Shown here: positions 40,711 through 52,378 of the stretch, piece by piece
Layout of the letters: every line of letters starts with the position of its first letter
Numbering within the stretch: position 1 is the stretch's first letter
Assembly: GCA_965277285.1 (NCBI GenBank)
Contig: OZ255721.1
Coordinates: 928,001 to 992,000 of the forward strand
Length of the DNA: 64,000 nt
Reading direction: 5' to 3'
DNA from: Abditibacteriaceae bacterium
GTDB taxonomy: Bacteria; Armatimonadota; Abditibacteriia; Abditibacteriales; Abditibacteriaceae
Position numbers and translations under genes: made by a program
Notes under the pieces: generated by a model
Told to the model about the DNA's origin: nothing
The model's input: only the letters and a program-made list of their open reading frames with translations
Database searches by the model: none

Positions 40711-41772
40711 ATGGTTTCCACGCTTGCCCCCGATTTTTCGCTGCTTCCACCCGACGAGCGCGTTCTGGTTGCCATCAGCGGCGGCGCCGATTCACTCGCG
40801 CTTTTGCTGGCTTTGCATGAGAAACGAGAAATCGGCGCAGCGCACGTCAATCACGGTTTGCGTGGTCAGGAAAGCGATGAAGACGAACGTTTCGTCGTCG
40901 CTTTGTGCCGCGATCTGAACGTTCCTATTGTGACGCGGCGCGTTCAAATCGCGTTAAAGAACGGGCGTTTTTCGGAGAACGAAGCGCGTGTTGCGCGTTA
41001 CAAAGCCTTGCGCGAAACGGCAGACGCAACCGGTTGTTCCATCATCGCAACCGGACATACAGCGAACGATGTTCTCGAAACGGTTTTATTGAACCTCGCG
41101 CGCGGCGCAACGGTGAGTGGTTTGGCAGGAATTGCGCCTTGTCGAGTACTCGATGCGCAGGTTCGCGTGGTGCGACCGATTCTAAGCGCGACACGAACAC
41201 AAACCGAAAACCTTTGCCGCGCGGCGAACATCGTCTGGCGCGAGGACAGCAGCAACGCCAATCGGGAACTGAAGCGCAATCGCGTGCGCCACGAAATCGT
41301 GCCACTTTTGTGCGAAGTCGGAAATAAGAACGTCGATGTTCTGGCGCGACAAAGCTGGAGCGCCGCGCAATTGTGGCGCGACGATTTGCAATATCTGGAC
41401 GAAGCGGCCAAAGCGTTGCTTCATTCGTTGGAAGTTCGCACACGCCCCAACGTTCTGACGCTCGATGGTCTGGCGTTTCAAGATTTGCCGTTGTCTATGC
41501 AGCGCCGCGTTTTGCGCTTGGCCATCGAAGAAATTATGGGTGAGAACGCGCCAAAAAGCGAAATTGGCAGCAAACGAATCGAGGAAATACAGCGTCGTAT
41601 CGCGGCCCATGAGCGGCGCGCAGTTTGGCAAATATCGAGCGAAATCTTTATCGAATGGACAGGCGTGAAGTCGGGGAACCGCATCCGCTTGTGGCGCGTT
41701 GAAAGAAGCATGTCCGAGCGCGCGAAAAAGGGCGACAAAAATGCGGAAACCCGTCCGCCGACCTTGCTATAA
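40711..41772 (+). CDS. tilS: tRNA(Ile)-lysidine synthetase
   Basis: SGGADS, HVNHGLRG, EDSSN, RNRVR; upstream of ftsH. Confidence 0.9.
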   Translation: MVSTLAPDFSLLPPDERVLVAISGGADSLALLLALHEKREIGAAHVNHGLRGQESDEDERFVVALCRDLNVPIVTRRVQIALKNGRFSENEARVARYKALRETADATGCSIIATGHTANDVLETVLLNLARGATVSGLAGIAPCRVLDAQVRVVRPILSATRTQTENLCRAANIVWREDSSNANRELKRNRVRHEIVPLLCEVGNKNVDVLARQSWSAAQLWRDDLQYLDEAAKALLHSLEVRTRPNVLTLDGLAFQDLPLSMQRRVLRLAIEEIMGENAPKSEIGSKRIEEIQRRIAAHERRAVWQISSEIFIEWTGVKSGNRIRLWRVERSMSERAKKGDKNAETRPPTLL

Positions 41773-41905
41773 TTAAGAGGTTCGACACGCTCGACATTCC
41801 CCACTAAAGCGCGACGTTCGGTTGTTTCAGGTTACTCCAATCGAGTACTCGAAATGCGGCGAAGCGACATTCCAGAAAGTTCAGTGAGAGCCAGGAGGCA
41901 CACCT

Positions 41906-43864
<1,959 letters not shown>

Positions 43865-43884
43865 TCAGTTGACGTTTGACGAAC

Positions 43885-43918
43885 AAAGCGGCGCATCGAG
43901 TACTCGATGCGCCGCTTT
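43885..43918. terminator. Perfect 34-bp palindrome between convergent genes, centred on TCGAGTACTCGA
   Basis: AAAGCGGCGCATCGAGTACTCGATGCGCCGCTTT. Confidence 0.7.
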
Positions 43919-43920
43919 CG

Positions 43921-44514
43921 TTATGAACGAGGCAAAGACAACTTCAAGTTTCTGAGCAGCTTGTACTCGCCGTTTATACCATACAGCGAGCGGTCGTAAA
44001 TGATGAACCGGCCATCGGCAGAAACACTGCGTACATCGAACATCTCCGATTCATAGGGTGAGCGAATCTCGTGTTTCAACTCGCGTCTCAAAACGCGCTT
44101 CGATTTTCCCGTCCACAGCGTTATTTGTGGAACCGCCTCACCACCACCTGACGAAATGACAAGCCAATGACCGTGCTTTGGCACCCACGCGACGCCATCG
44201 GCCTCGACGTAGGTTTTAGAAACCACATCTTTGGATCGGAATGTTGGTGTTTTGGTCTTGGTTTTGACGTAACGATAAACTTGCAATCTGGCCACTTCGC
44301 CATCGCCACTCATCAAACGCACGATATACTTTCCGTCAGGTGACACACGACGTACTTCCGCATAAATATGATTGCGTGGGTTTGCGCCATAGTTAATTCC
44401 TTTTGATGCTTGGTCAAAAGCCGGAATCAATTTCGGCGTGACTTGGCGAGAAGTTGCGCTACTTGCGCCAGCCCATAAAATCAACAATGGTAGAATGAAT
44501 GTTTGTGTTTTCAT
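43921..44514 (-). CDS. Secreted hypothetical protein
   Basis: Signal peptide; SPDG/SADG propeller-like motifs. Confidence 0.6.
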   Translation of the reverse strand: MKTQTFILPLLILWAGASSATSRQVTPKLIPAFDQASKGINYGANPRNHIYAEVRRVSPDGKYIVRLMSGDGEVARLQVYRYVKTKTKTPTFRSKDVVSKTYVEADGVAWVPKHGHWLVISSGGGEAVPQITLWTGKSKRVLRRELKHEIRSPYESEMFDVRSVSADGRFIIYDRSLYGINGEYKLLRNLKLSLPRS

Positions 44515-44578
44515 AATCTTTTTTCTCCAGCATCATTGTGCCATAATTTTATATTTTACAAGACACTTGCAATTACCA

Positions 44579-45169
44579 ATGACCAAACCCGCAGATTATT
44601 TCGTGCGCAACGAACCGGGCAGTGACCGCATCACCGAGGACGAGGCGAAAACGTTGCCGCGATTGCCATTCCACGCGGTTCTCGATTGCATTCGCAGCGC
44701 GCACAATGTCGGCTCGATTTTTCGCACGGGCGATGGCGCCAACATTTCCGAACTACTGATTTGCGGTTATTCGCCGGTTCCGCCACATCGCCATCTGAGC
44801 AAAACGGCTTTGGGCGCGGTCGATGTCGTGCCGTGGCGCCATTTTGAAACCGCCGAAGAAGCGATTGACGATTTAAAAAGTCGCGGCGTGCAGGTTTTGG
44901 CTGTGGAATTGACGAAAGACAGTGTTTCGTTGTATGAATTTTCGTTGCAGTTTCCAGTTGCGCTGGTGATGGGCAACGAAGCCGATGGACTAAGCCAGGC
45001 GACAATTGAAAAGTGCGATGCGACGGTTCATTTGCCGATGCGCGGACATAAAAATTCGCTCAATGTCAGCGTCGCGTTTGGCGCCGTGATGTACGAAGTT
45101 CTGCGGCGCTACGAACAAGAAGTATCGAGCACTCAAAATCGAGTACTCGATATTGAACAAACGACATGA
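44579..45169 (+). CDS. TrmH/SpoU family RNA methyltransferase
   Basis: NVGSIFRT, GNE..G, SLNVSVA. Confidence 0.9.
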   Translation: MTKPADYFVRNEPGSDRITEDEAKTLPRLPFHAVLDCIRSAHNVGSIFRTGDGANISELLICGYSPVPPHRHLSKTALGAVDVVPWRHFETAEEAIDDLKSRGVQVLAVELTKDSVSLYEFSLQFPVALVMGNEADGLSQATIEKCDATVHLPMRGHKNSLNVSVAFGAVMYEVLRRYEQEVSSTQNRVLDIEQTT

Positions 45170-46011
45170 AAAAAGTTTCCCCATTGACAGCAAAGCAGAA
45201 AGCGAAGATTGAGCGACAGGCGAATAAACTGGCAGCAGAAGGCCAACTTAAAGACGCCGCGCAAATGATGCTTTCGGTTGCGCAAGCAGCGCCGCAGAAC
45301 GTCGCGTTGTGGTTGCAAATCGCGCGTTGGCAGCGTGCAGCGCGCGACTTTCCCGCGGCAACGCAAACACTGCAGAGCGCGCTGAATTTTCAGAACGAAA
45401 ATGTTCTTCCCACTTTATCGAGTACTCGAAAGGTCGAAATCAACGCGCAAAACGCCACAACATCAGACATCACGCTGTTGTGGGTCGAATTGTGTGAAAC
45501 GCAGACCGAAGCGCAAAACTGGAGCGAGTGCATTGCGTCGTGCCGCGCGCTGTTAAAAATCGCGCCGCGTCATCATCTGGGACGCGAGATTTTGGCAACG
45601 GCGCTACTTCACAGCGAACAACTGATGGAAACGGAAAACGTTTTGCGCGAACTGCTGGTTTTGTCGCCGCGCGATCCTTTGCATCGCTTGAAGTTGGCGA
45701 CGCTGTTACAAATGCAAGGAAAAAGTGGTGAGGCGCTGCGCGAATTCGAGCGCGTCGTCGAAGGTTATCCCGAAGCGCCGTTCGCCGAAGAAGCGCGCGA
45801 AGCGATTGATCTGCTCGATCACTTGCAAATGCAACAATTGATGATGCGCGCCGGAGAACAACCGACGTTTCGCCAGCAAATGCAAAACGCGCTCGACCAA
45901 ACGTTGAACGAAAATGGCTTTCAGTTAACTGACGAAGGCCGCGAATCGCTACGCCACATGATGAGCGATGGACGCCTCGCGCCCGAACCGGAACGCGTGC
46001 GTCTTCATTAA
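45166..46011 (+). CDS. TPR-repeat protein
   Basis: Repeated A...P-type helical motifs. Confidence 0.7.
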   Translation: MKKVSPLTAKQKAKIERQANKLAAEGQLKDAAQMMLSVAQAAPQNVALWLQIARWQRAARDFPAATQTLQSALNFQNENVLPTLSSTRKVEINAQNATTSDITLLWVELCETQTEAQNWSECIASCRALLKIAPRHHLGREILATALLHSEQLMETENVLRELLVLSPRDPLHRLKLATLLQMQGKSGEALREFERVVEGYPEAPFAEEAREAIDLLDHLQMQQLMMRAGEQPTFRQQMQNALDQTLNENGFQLTDEGRESLRHMMSDGRLAPEPERVRLH

Positions 46012-46057
46012 CTTTGTGCGCTCAGGGTTCGTTGAAAAGAACTCATAAAAATTACAA

Positions 46058-46954
46058 ATGCCCGATTCTCCACCCAGAACTCGCGCTTGGCATTGCGGTC
46101 GTTTCAACTTGCCGCTGGGCCAGAAGACTTACATAATGGCGATCCTCAATGTCACGCCCGATTCGTTTTCCGGCGATGGTTTGAGCCATCGAGTACTCGA
46201 TGAGAATGTGAAAGTGGCGCTGCAAACGATTGAAAACGGCGCTGATATTATGGACATCGGCGGCGAAAGTACGCGGCCTGGCGCAAGCGAAATTTCCGCT
46301 GAAGAAGAAACACGGCGCGTTGTGCCTTTAGTTGAAAAACTGGCGACGCGCGTGGCAGTTCCGATTTCCGTTGACACGACGAAAAGCGAAGTCGCGCGGC
46401 GCGCTCTGGAAGCTGGAGCGAGCATCATCAACGATATTTCCGGCGCGACTGCCGACGCGCAAATGTTGCCGCTGCTGGCACAGAGCGATTGCGGTCTGGT
46501 TTTGATGCACCGGCGCGGCAACTCGCAAACCATGAAAGCCAGCGAAGCGGCAGTCAGCAGTCAGCGGTCAGCAGAAAAAGACATCATTGCAGAAGTTCTC
46601 GAGTTTTGGCGCGAACGTGTCAAATTGCTGGAAAAAATTGGCATTGTGCGGGAACGAATCGCGCTGGATGCGGGTTTTGGATTTGGCAAGTCGGTCGAAG
46701 AGAATCTGGCAATTGTGCGTCGCGGGCGTGAATTGTCGAACTTTGGCTTGCCGACGATTTCCGCGACGAGCCGTAAATCGACGATTGGTCGAGTACTCGA
46801 TTTGGGGAATAGCGCAACCGAAGAGCGCATTTGGGGCACGGCGGCGACAGTTGCGCTGGCGATTGCCAATGGCGCCGAGATCGTGCGCGTTCACGATGTG
46901 CGCGAAATGGCGCAGGTGGCGCGCTTGAGCGATGCGATTGTGCGTTCGGCTTAG
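46058..46954 (+). CDS. folP: Dihydropteroate synthase
   Basis: ILNVTPDSFS, DIGGESTRPG, SRKS, VRVHDV. Confidence 0.95.
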   Translation: MPDSPPRTRAWHCGRFNLPLGQKTYIMAILNVTPDSFSGDGLSHRVLDENVKVALQTIENGADIMDIGGESTRPGASEISAEEETRRVVPLVEKLATRVAVPISVDTTKSEVARRALEAGASIINDISGATADAQMLPLLAQSDCGLVLMHRRGNSQTMKASEAAVSSQRSAEKDIIAEVLEFWRERVKLLEKIGIVRERIALDAGFGFGKSVEENLAIVRRGRELSNFGLPTISATSRKSTIGRVLDLGNSATEERIWGTAATVALAIANGAEIVRVHDVREMAQVARLSDAIVRSA

Positions 46955-47031
46955 GGGATTGAGCGTTGTGCCGCAGTGCTTCGGCGCGCTACAATGAAAG
47001 CGTGCGTTTCGGTTTAAAGAAGGAATTGGCA

Positions 47032-47955
47032 ATGCAAACACGACAATTTGGCGCGACAGATATGAAGGTCGGCGTGTTAGGTTTGGGCGCGGCAGAAATC
47101 GGTTTCGAGCGCGTGAGCGTGGACGATGCTCGAAATTTGCTGAGCACGGCACTCGACAACGGTTTAAACATCATCGACACGGCGGAATGTTATGACATCA
47201 GCGAAGAATTGCTGGGGCAAACGCTGTCGCATCGCCGCAACGATTTCTACCTGTTCACCAAATGCGGCCACAAAGGTTTCGCGCACGAACTGCCCGAAGA
47301 CTTGCGCGAAGACGCCGATTGGGAACCGAAAATGTTGCGCGCCAGCATCGAACGCAGCCTGAAACGCCTGCAAACCGATTGCGTTGACCTGATTCAATTG
47401 CATTCGTGCGACAAAGAAACTTTGCAGCGCGGCGAAGTGATTCAAGTACTCGAAGAAGCGCGACAAGCCGGAAAAACGCGCTACATCGGTTACAGTGGCG
47501 ACCGTGACGCCGCGCTTTATGCCGTCGAATGCGGGCGCTTCGATGCGCTGCAAACTTCGTGCAGCATCGCCGATCAGGAAGCGATTGAGCGCTTGATTCC
47601 CGCCGCGCACAGCAAAAACATGGGCGTCATTACTAAGCGCCCAATTGCCAACGCGGTCTGGAAATATGCAACGAAAGACGACGTGCCCGAATATCAGCGC
47701 GATTATTGGATTCGCCTACAAGAACTCGATTATCCGTTCCTGAACGATGCGGCGCAAAATGCGGTTTCGACAGCGTTGCGCTTCACCTTGAGCATTCCAG
47801 GCGTTCACACAGCGATTGCCGGAACGTCCAAAGCGAACCGTTGGAAGGAAAATGCCACTTTGTTGCAACAGGGAATGTTACCGACGGCGGAATACGAAGC
47901 AATTCGCACGCGCTGGCACCAAATCGCCAAACCCGATTGGACAGCGCAAACCTGA
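47032..47955 (+). CDS. Aldo/keto reductase
   Basis: IDTAECY, TKCG, SLKRLQTD..DL..LH. Confidence 0.9.
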   Translation: MQTRQFGATDMKVGVLGLGAAEIGFERVSVDDARNLLSTALDNGLNIIDTAECYDISEELLGQTLSHRRNDFYLFTKCGHKGFAHELPEDLREDADWEPKMLRASIERSLKRLQTDCVDLIQLHSCDKETLQRGEVIQVLEEARQAGKTRYIGYSGDRDAALYAVECGRFDALQTSCSIADQEAIERLIPAAHSKNMGVITKRPIANAVWKYATKDDVPEYQRDYWIRLQELDYPFLNDAAQNAVSTALRFTLSIPGVHTAIAGTSKANRWKENATLLQQGMLPTAEYEAIRTRWHQIAKPDWTAQT

Positions 47956-47963
47956 CGAACCTT

Positions 47964-48323
47964 ATGGATAAAATTCTTTTGCAAGGTCTGGTCTTCTTCG
48001 GTCGTCACGGTTGCCATCAGGCCGAGCGCGAACTGGGACAAAAGTTTACCGTGGACATTGAAATGAGCAGCGATCTTTCGCTGGCGTGCGCAACTGACAA
48101 AATGGAAAATACGGTCGATTACGTCGCGGTCTATTACGCCACGCGCGACATAATTGAAGGCGAATCCGCGTTTTTGCTGGAATCTTTGGCGCAGCGCATC
48201 GCTGATTTCTGCCTGAAAGACAATCGAGTACTCGATTGTCGCGTGCGCATTCGCAAACCGCACGTCGCCATGCCCGGCGCATTAGATTATCTGGGAATTG
48301 AAATTTTTCGACAAAAGGATTGA
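47964..48323 (+). CDS. folB: Dihydroneopterin aldolase
   Basis: GRHG...ERELGQKF.VD, TVDY, LLE, KP. Confidence 0.92.
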   Translation: MDKILLQGLVFFGRHGCHQAERELGQKFTVDIEMSSDLSLACATDKMENTVDYVAVYYATRDIIEGESAFLLESLAQRIADFCLKDNRVLDCRVRIRKPHVAMPGALDYLGIEIFRQKD

Positions 48324-48431
48324 ACCGCAAAAGGATTGAACCGCCAAGACGCCGAGAGAAATTTGATATTTCGACTAATCCTTCACCCTTTTTCTCTGCG
48401 TTCTTGGCGGTTCAACCAAAAGTTAATTGAA

Positions 48432-48869
48432 ATGACAACCGCTTATTTATCGTTGGGCAGCAATTTGGGAGATCGCGTGGCGAACTTGCGCGAAGCGTGT
48501 ATGCGCCTGGAACGCCATCCCTCGTGCAAAATCGCGGCGCGCTCAAAGGTTTATGAAACGCAAAGCGTCGAAGAAGGCGGCGAGTACAATTTTTTGAATG
48601 CGGCTCTGCGCATCGAATGGGAAGGTTCGGCGACGAGTTTGTGGCGTTGCCTGAGCAGCATCGAAGAGCGCATGGGACGCCCCAATCCGCCGCGCAGTGG
48701 GCCGCGCACCATCGACATGGACATTCTGCTGTTCGGCGATGAAATAATAAACCGTCCCGAATTGACGATTCCGCATCCGCGCATGAACTATCGCACTTTT
48801 GTCCTGCGCCCTTTGTGCGATGTTTTGGAAGGCGGCTGGGTTCACGATTACTCGAACGAATTAAATTAA
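48432..48869 (+). CDS. folK: 2-amino-4-hydroxy-6-hydroxymethyldihydropteridine diphosphokinase
   Basis: LSLGSNLGDR, FLN, GPRTIDMDIL, IPHP. Confidence 0.93.
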   Translation: MTTAYLSLGSNLGDRVANLREACMRLERHPSCKIAARSKVYETQSVEEGGEYNFLNAALRIEWEGSATSLWRCLSSIEERMGRPNPPRSGPRTIDMDILLFGDEIINRPELTIPHPRMNYRTFVLRPLCDVLEGGWVHDYSNELN

Positions 48870-48893
48870 CTTCAAACTTACAAACCCAAACTT

Positions 48894-49286
48894 ATGCTCC
48901 GAACGATGTGTAAAGGCAAAATTCATCGCGCGACCGTGACGCAAGCCGATGTCAATTACGTTGGCTCGCTGACGATTGACGAAGATTTGCTCGAACAAAG
49001 CGATATTTTGCCGTATGAAGAAGTCCACGTTTTGAACGTGACCAACGGTCAGCGCATGGTCACTTACGCCATGACCGGCGAACGCGGCAGCGGCGTCATG
49101 TGCTTGAACGGCGCGGCGGCGCGGCACGGCAGGCCCGGCGACATCATCATCGTCATCACTTACGGCCACTACGAAGACGCTGAAGCGCGCGCCCTGCAAC
49201 CCAAAATCGTCATTGTGGACGAGAAGAATCGCCCCACCGAACTGTTGCCGACAGAAGATGTGTCAAAGAATGAGATGTGGGTTTGA
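48894..49286 (+). CDS. panD: Aspartate 1-decarboxylase
   Basis: [22 protein letters not shown]. Confidence 0.95.
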   Translation: MLRTMCKGKIHRATVTQADVNYVGSLTIDEDLLEQSDILPYEEVHVLNVTNGQRMVTYAMTGERGSGVMCLNGAAARHGRPGDIIIVITYGHYEDAEARALQPKIVIVDEKNRPTELLPTEDVSKNEMWV

Positions 49287-49303
49287 ATAAAGAATATCAA
49301 TGC

Positions 49304-49738
49304 TCAAACTTCTTGACCGCTTTCCCTCGACAGCTTGAACACTTCATAAAAGCCAGGGGTATCGAAAGGAATGTAGAGGCAGCGAACCTTCGCGTCTTGC
49401 AAAATCTTCATCATACGCTGTGCGCCCATCGCGTTAAATGAATGCACAACGACCAGTTTGGGTTGCTGATCTTTGGGCATAGCTGCGATGTATTCGGCAA
49501 CGATTGTACCGGTGCCTTCGCGCCGCGCAACCATGTGCTGGCCACCTAAATCGTGATCGAGGAAAGCAATATCGAAAAAAGCGGCGTTCGCTTGCAGTTC
49601 GTCTTGCGCGTCCATAATCCCAAAGACAGGGTAAATTTCTGCGTCTCTTGAATCAATGCTCTGTCTTTTCAGCTCTTTGTAAAAGGAATTGTGTCGCTCT
49701 TGATCATCATCCAAAAACAAGACTTTTAAGGCTTCCAT
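49304..49738 (-). CDS. Stand-alone receiver-like protein of the cyclic-phosphate-processing type
   Basis: LFLDD...LDHDLG...TG...VHS.N..GA..M pattern; AGGAG RBS. Confidence 0.7.
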   Translation of the reverse strand: MEALKVLFLDDDQERHNSFYKELKRQSIDSRDAEIYPVFGIMDAQDELQANAAFFDIAFLDHDLGGQHMVARREGTGTIVAEYIAAMPKDQQPKLVVVHSFNAMGAQRMMKILQDAKVRCLYIPFDTPGFYEVFKLSRESGQEV

Positions 49739-49858
49739 TAAGTTCTCCTGTATTTGATGAATCGAGTACTCGTTATCCAAGCTTATGCAGAAACCATTCT
49801 CTGTTATCGGTATGTTCAACATCGAATACGTTAAATAATCGTCTCAGAAAAGCTGCAA

Positions 49859-49895
49859 CAAAGCCGTTGAATCACTTTTGATTCAACGGCTTTGC
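49859..49895 (-). terminator. Hairpin immediately after the rsr stop
   Basis: CAAAGCCGTTGAATC...GATTCAACGGCTTTG. Confidence 0.55.
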
Positions 49896-49897
49896 TG

Positions 49898-51535
49898 TTA
49901 CTCTGAAGTCACTTCTTCGCGTGCGAAGTCGCTCATCAGTTGTGGCGTGGTGGTGTCGAAACCGACCACATCGAGCATTCCACGGTCGTTCGGGTCAGCG
50001 ATGGTGAAGCCGTTCGAGGTCATTCCGACAACGATCAGCTTTGCATTGATGCCCGTTTTATCGCGGTACTGCTGCAACGCCTGGCTGGGATGAACCTTGC
50101 CCGCCCAGGTTTCGTTGTCCGTGTAAACCACGAAAACGTCGGTTTCGACCTTGTTCTGCATCGCCCAAACCATCGGCAAGGCGCAATCGGTGCCGCTGAA
50201 CGGCAAGCCGTTGACGACCTTCAGCACGTCATCCAAACGCTGGCGCGGACTGATCTTCAACGGCACAAATTGAGTACTGAAACCCATCATGTGATACGCG
50301 GGTTCGGTCGCAGCCGTGATCAACGACATGGCGGCGCTGGCGATGCGCGGCGTCAAACCTGGCACGCCCGCGATTTGCCCGAATGTCATCGAACCCGAAA
50401 CATCCAGCGCCAGAACGTGGCGCTTATTGGCCGGACGCACATTGCCAAACGACCGATAAAACGCTTTGTCCAGCGCGTCCACGATTTGCGGAACCGGCGT
50501 CCAGGTGTTTTGTCCACGCTCGCCGTGACCTTGCGCATACGTCTTCAAGGCCGACAAAACTGCAATCGGATGAATACGCGCACGACGCAAACGACTTTCG
50601 TCTGTCACCTGCTCGATCACGCGACGTGTGGTTTCGCTCAAGGGCGACAGCAAACCGATACGCGTCAGGGTCGCCAGGTTGCGAATCAAAGCCGTCATCG
50701 GCATTTCCTGCAGCAACGCTTCCCAGACTTCGGGCGCGTTCAAAAACTGCGTCGGAACCGCCTCGCGCGGCAGACGATAATCGCGGATCAGGCCCACAAC
50801 TTCCGCTTGAGTACTCGAACACTTGGCACGCTCCATCGCCCAGATTTGCTGCAACGCCGCGTCGGGATGCGGCTGCTCGCCGACGCCTTCCCAGCCTTGC
50901 GTGATCCAGTGATAAATCGTGCGATGTGCGTCAGTCGCGGGCTGCGGGTGCGCCAAACGCAGTAAATCGCGTTGGCTCCAACCATCGCGCGACTGATACT
51001 TCAGCGCCTGATACGCGACATCTTTGGCGTCCTTGCCGTTGTACCACGCGCCGACGCCGTTGCGCAAACCGCGTCCCCAACCGCGCATTCCATCAACGAA
51101 AGCCGCGAAGTGCATCAGATGCGTTCCCGTCCGCGCGACTTGTGGCAACGCTTCCAAAGCGGCCTTTCGAGTACTCGAATCGCCCTTTGAGGCCGCCAAA
51201 GCCAGGGCGAACAAAGCGGGATCGTTCTTCGGCGCGCGTCCGCTGGCGCTGATTTCGACGATGGTTTGCACCGCGCGCAAACCGTCGCTTTCGATGCAGC
51301 GAATCGTGGCGCTGGCGTTTTCGGCTGTTAGAGCCCGCTCAGTCGCGTAGTAGCTGCCGCCTTCGCTGCCCAAAATCAGGAAACGCTGCAAGCGCGTCCA
51401 GTCATCGACTGCCCACGCGTACCCACCAGCGCTGTTAGGCACCTGCGTCGAACCTGCGATTGGTTCGCTCTGCAGCGTCGCGCCTTGCGTCACGGCAGCG
51501 GAAATTTGCGCCGCGACATTCTTCAAGTAACTCAT
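49898..51535 (-). CDS. rsr: Ro60/TROVE-domain RNA-binding protein with vWA domain
   Basis: NSAGG, RFLILGSEGGSYY, RTGTHL, KYQSRDGWS..DLLRLAHP, LDVSGSM, TDNETW; ATG 51535 with GAGGTG RBS. Confidence 0.95.
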   Translation of the reverse strand: MSYLKNVAAQISAAVTQGATLQSEPIAGSTQVPNSAGGYAWAVDDWTRLQRFLILGSEGGSYYATERALTAENASATIRCIESDGLRAVQTIVEISASGRAPKNDPALFALALAASKGDSSTRKAALEALPQVARTGTHLMHFAAFVDGMRGWGRGLRNGVGAWYNGKDAKDVAYQALKYQSRDGWSQRDLLRLAHPQPATDAHRTIYHWITQGWEGVGEQPHPDAALQQIWAMERAKCSSTQAEVVGLIRDYRLPREAVPTQFLNAPEVWEALLQEMPMTALIRNLATLTRIGLLSPLSETTRRVIEQVTDESRLRRARIHPIAVLSALKTYAQGHGERGQNTWTPVPQIVDALDKAFYRSFGNVRPANKRHVLALDVSGSMTFGQIAGVPGLTPRIASAAMSLITAATEPAYHMMGFSTQFVPLKISPRQRLDDVLKVVNGLPFSGTDCALPMVWAMQNKVETDVFVVYTDNETWAGKVHPSQALQQYRDKTGINAKLIVVGMTSNGFTIADPNDRGMLDVVGFDTTTPQLMSDFAREEVTSE

Positions 51536-51573
51536 CTTTTCACCTCTTTCGGCTCTCTCAAGAGCAAAGTTTT

Positions 51574-51638
51574 TGCAAACAGGCAAGCTGTTATGTTGGG
51601 GCATGGTCAAGATAACCCAACACTGCGGCCCGTTTGCA
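51574..51638 (-). ncRNA. Minimal Y-RNA-like hairpin
   Basis: UGCAAACGGGC-CGCAGUGUUGGGUUAUC...CCCAACAU...UUGCCUGUUUGCA; bulged helix directly upstream of rsr. Confidence 0.65.
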
Positions 51639-51643
51639 TTGGC

Positions 51644-51745
51644 TGGGCTGCGATTTGTTTCGATAATCCTCAATCCTGCGGCTCGATTCGAGTACTCGAA
51701 TCGAACAAAGAACGGCGAGGAAGGAGCCGTTTCCGGCTCAGCCCA
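51644..51745 (-). ncRNA. Circularly permuted Y-RNA-like element (non-tRNA scaffold)
   Basis: Outer stem UGGGCUG/CAGCCCA, GAAA hairpin, helix ...UUUGUUCG-[palindrome]-CGAGCCG...GAGGAUUAUC. Confidence 0.55.
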
Positions 51746-51747
51746 TG

Positions 51748-51882
51748 TGAACGATGGCGGGACTCGAACCCGCGACACTTGGATTAAGATAACCCTTCAA
51801 CGCCGGCCTAAAGTGGGCAAAATTTGCGAAGGGAGAAGAGCTTGCGCTCTGCCATTGCTCTACCATCTGAGCTACATCGTTC
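51748..51882 (-). ncRNA. tRNA-like RNA with a Y-RNA-like helix inserted in the anticodon arm
   Basis: Acceptor GAACGAUG/CAUCGUUC, D arm GCUC-AGAUGGUA-GAGC, T arm GCGGG-UUCGAGU-CCCGC; insert ends GGCCG...GGGUUAUC. Confidence 0.7.
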
Positions 51883-51922
51883 GTTGCGAATCATACAGCG
51901 AGCGCATCGCACGGCGCTTTCG

Positions 51923-52070
51923 TAACGGTGGCGGGACTCGAACCCGCAGCCTCTCAATTAGCAGTTGATAACCCTTATCCAACGGCCCGACGATGCGAGA
52001 TCGAAGCAGGCAAAGAGCGGCAAGGGAGTTGGCCGAAGCCAGCGCTCTATCCATTTGAGCTACACCGCTA
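51923..52070 (-). ncRNA. tRNA-like RNA (GCU anticodon loop) with a Y-RNA-like insert in the anticodon stem
   Basis: Acceptor UAGCGGUG/CACCGUUA; D and T arms intact; UCAA-CUGCUAA-UUGA arm; insert has a UUCG hairpin and the motif helix. Confidence 0.7.
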
Positions 52071-52127
52071 TAACCAACAAAAACTAACGAAAACAACATT
52101 TGCGACACCGACAAAACAACAATTTAA

Positions 52128-52250
52128 AGCGGGCAAAGATCGCGTCGGGTGCTCCTGCGCAATGCAGGGATCGAACCTGCAACGACTAACTTGCGGTCAG
52201 CCATTCCACCATAGGAGCATGGGGCGATAACCCGAACACTGCGGCCCGCT
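52128..52250 (-). ncRNA. YrlA-type Y RNA (Ro-binding stem closing a tRNA-like domain)
   Basis: AGCGGGCCG...GGGUUAUC / UUUGCCCGCU stem enclosing a GCUCCU/AGGAGC stem, D-like loop and T arm GCAGG-UUCGAUC-CCUGC. Confidence 0.75.
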
Positions 52251-52252
52251 CG

Positions 52253-52376
52253 ATGTTTTTGCGTCACGTAACACGAAGCCATCGTGACAGGATGATAACC
52301 CTCGACCAACGGCTCGCTTTTCAGAGCGAACAAAAGCGGAAAGGGAACAGCTCGCATGGCGCAAACGCATAAACAT
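52253..52376 (-). ncRNA. Circularly permuted Y-RNA-like element (non-tRNA scaffold)
   Basis: Outer stem AUGUUUAUGCGU/ACGCAAAAACAU; helix CCCU...UUUGUUCGCU-loop-AGCGAGCCG...AGGGUUAUC. Confidence 0.55.
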
Positions 52377-52378
52377 TG

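Noticed and set aside
51536..51778. N-terminal extension of Rsr in the 626-aa ORF call
   Set aside because: It overlaps structured RNAs; ATG 51535 has a good RBS and starts the TROVE-like sequence.
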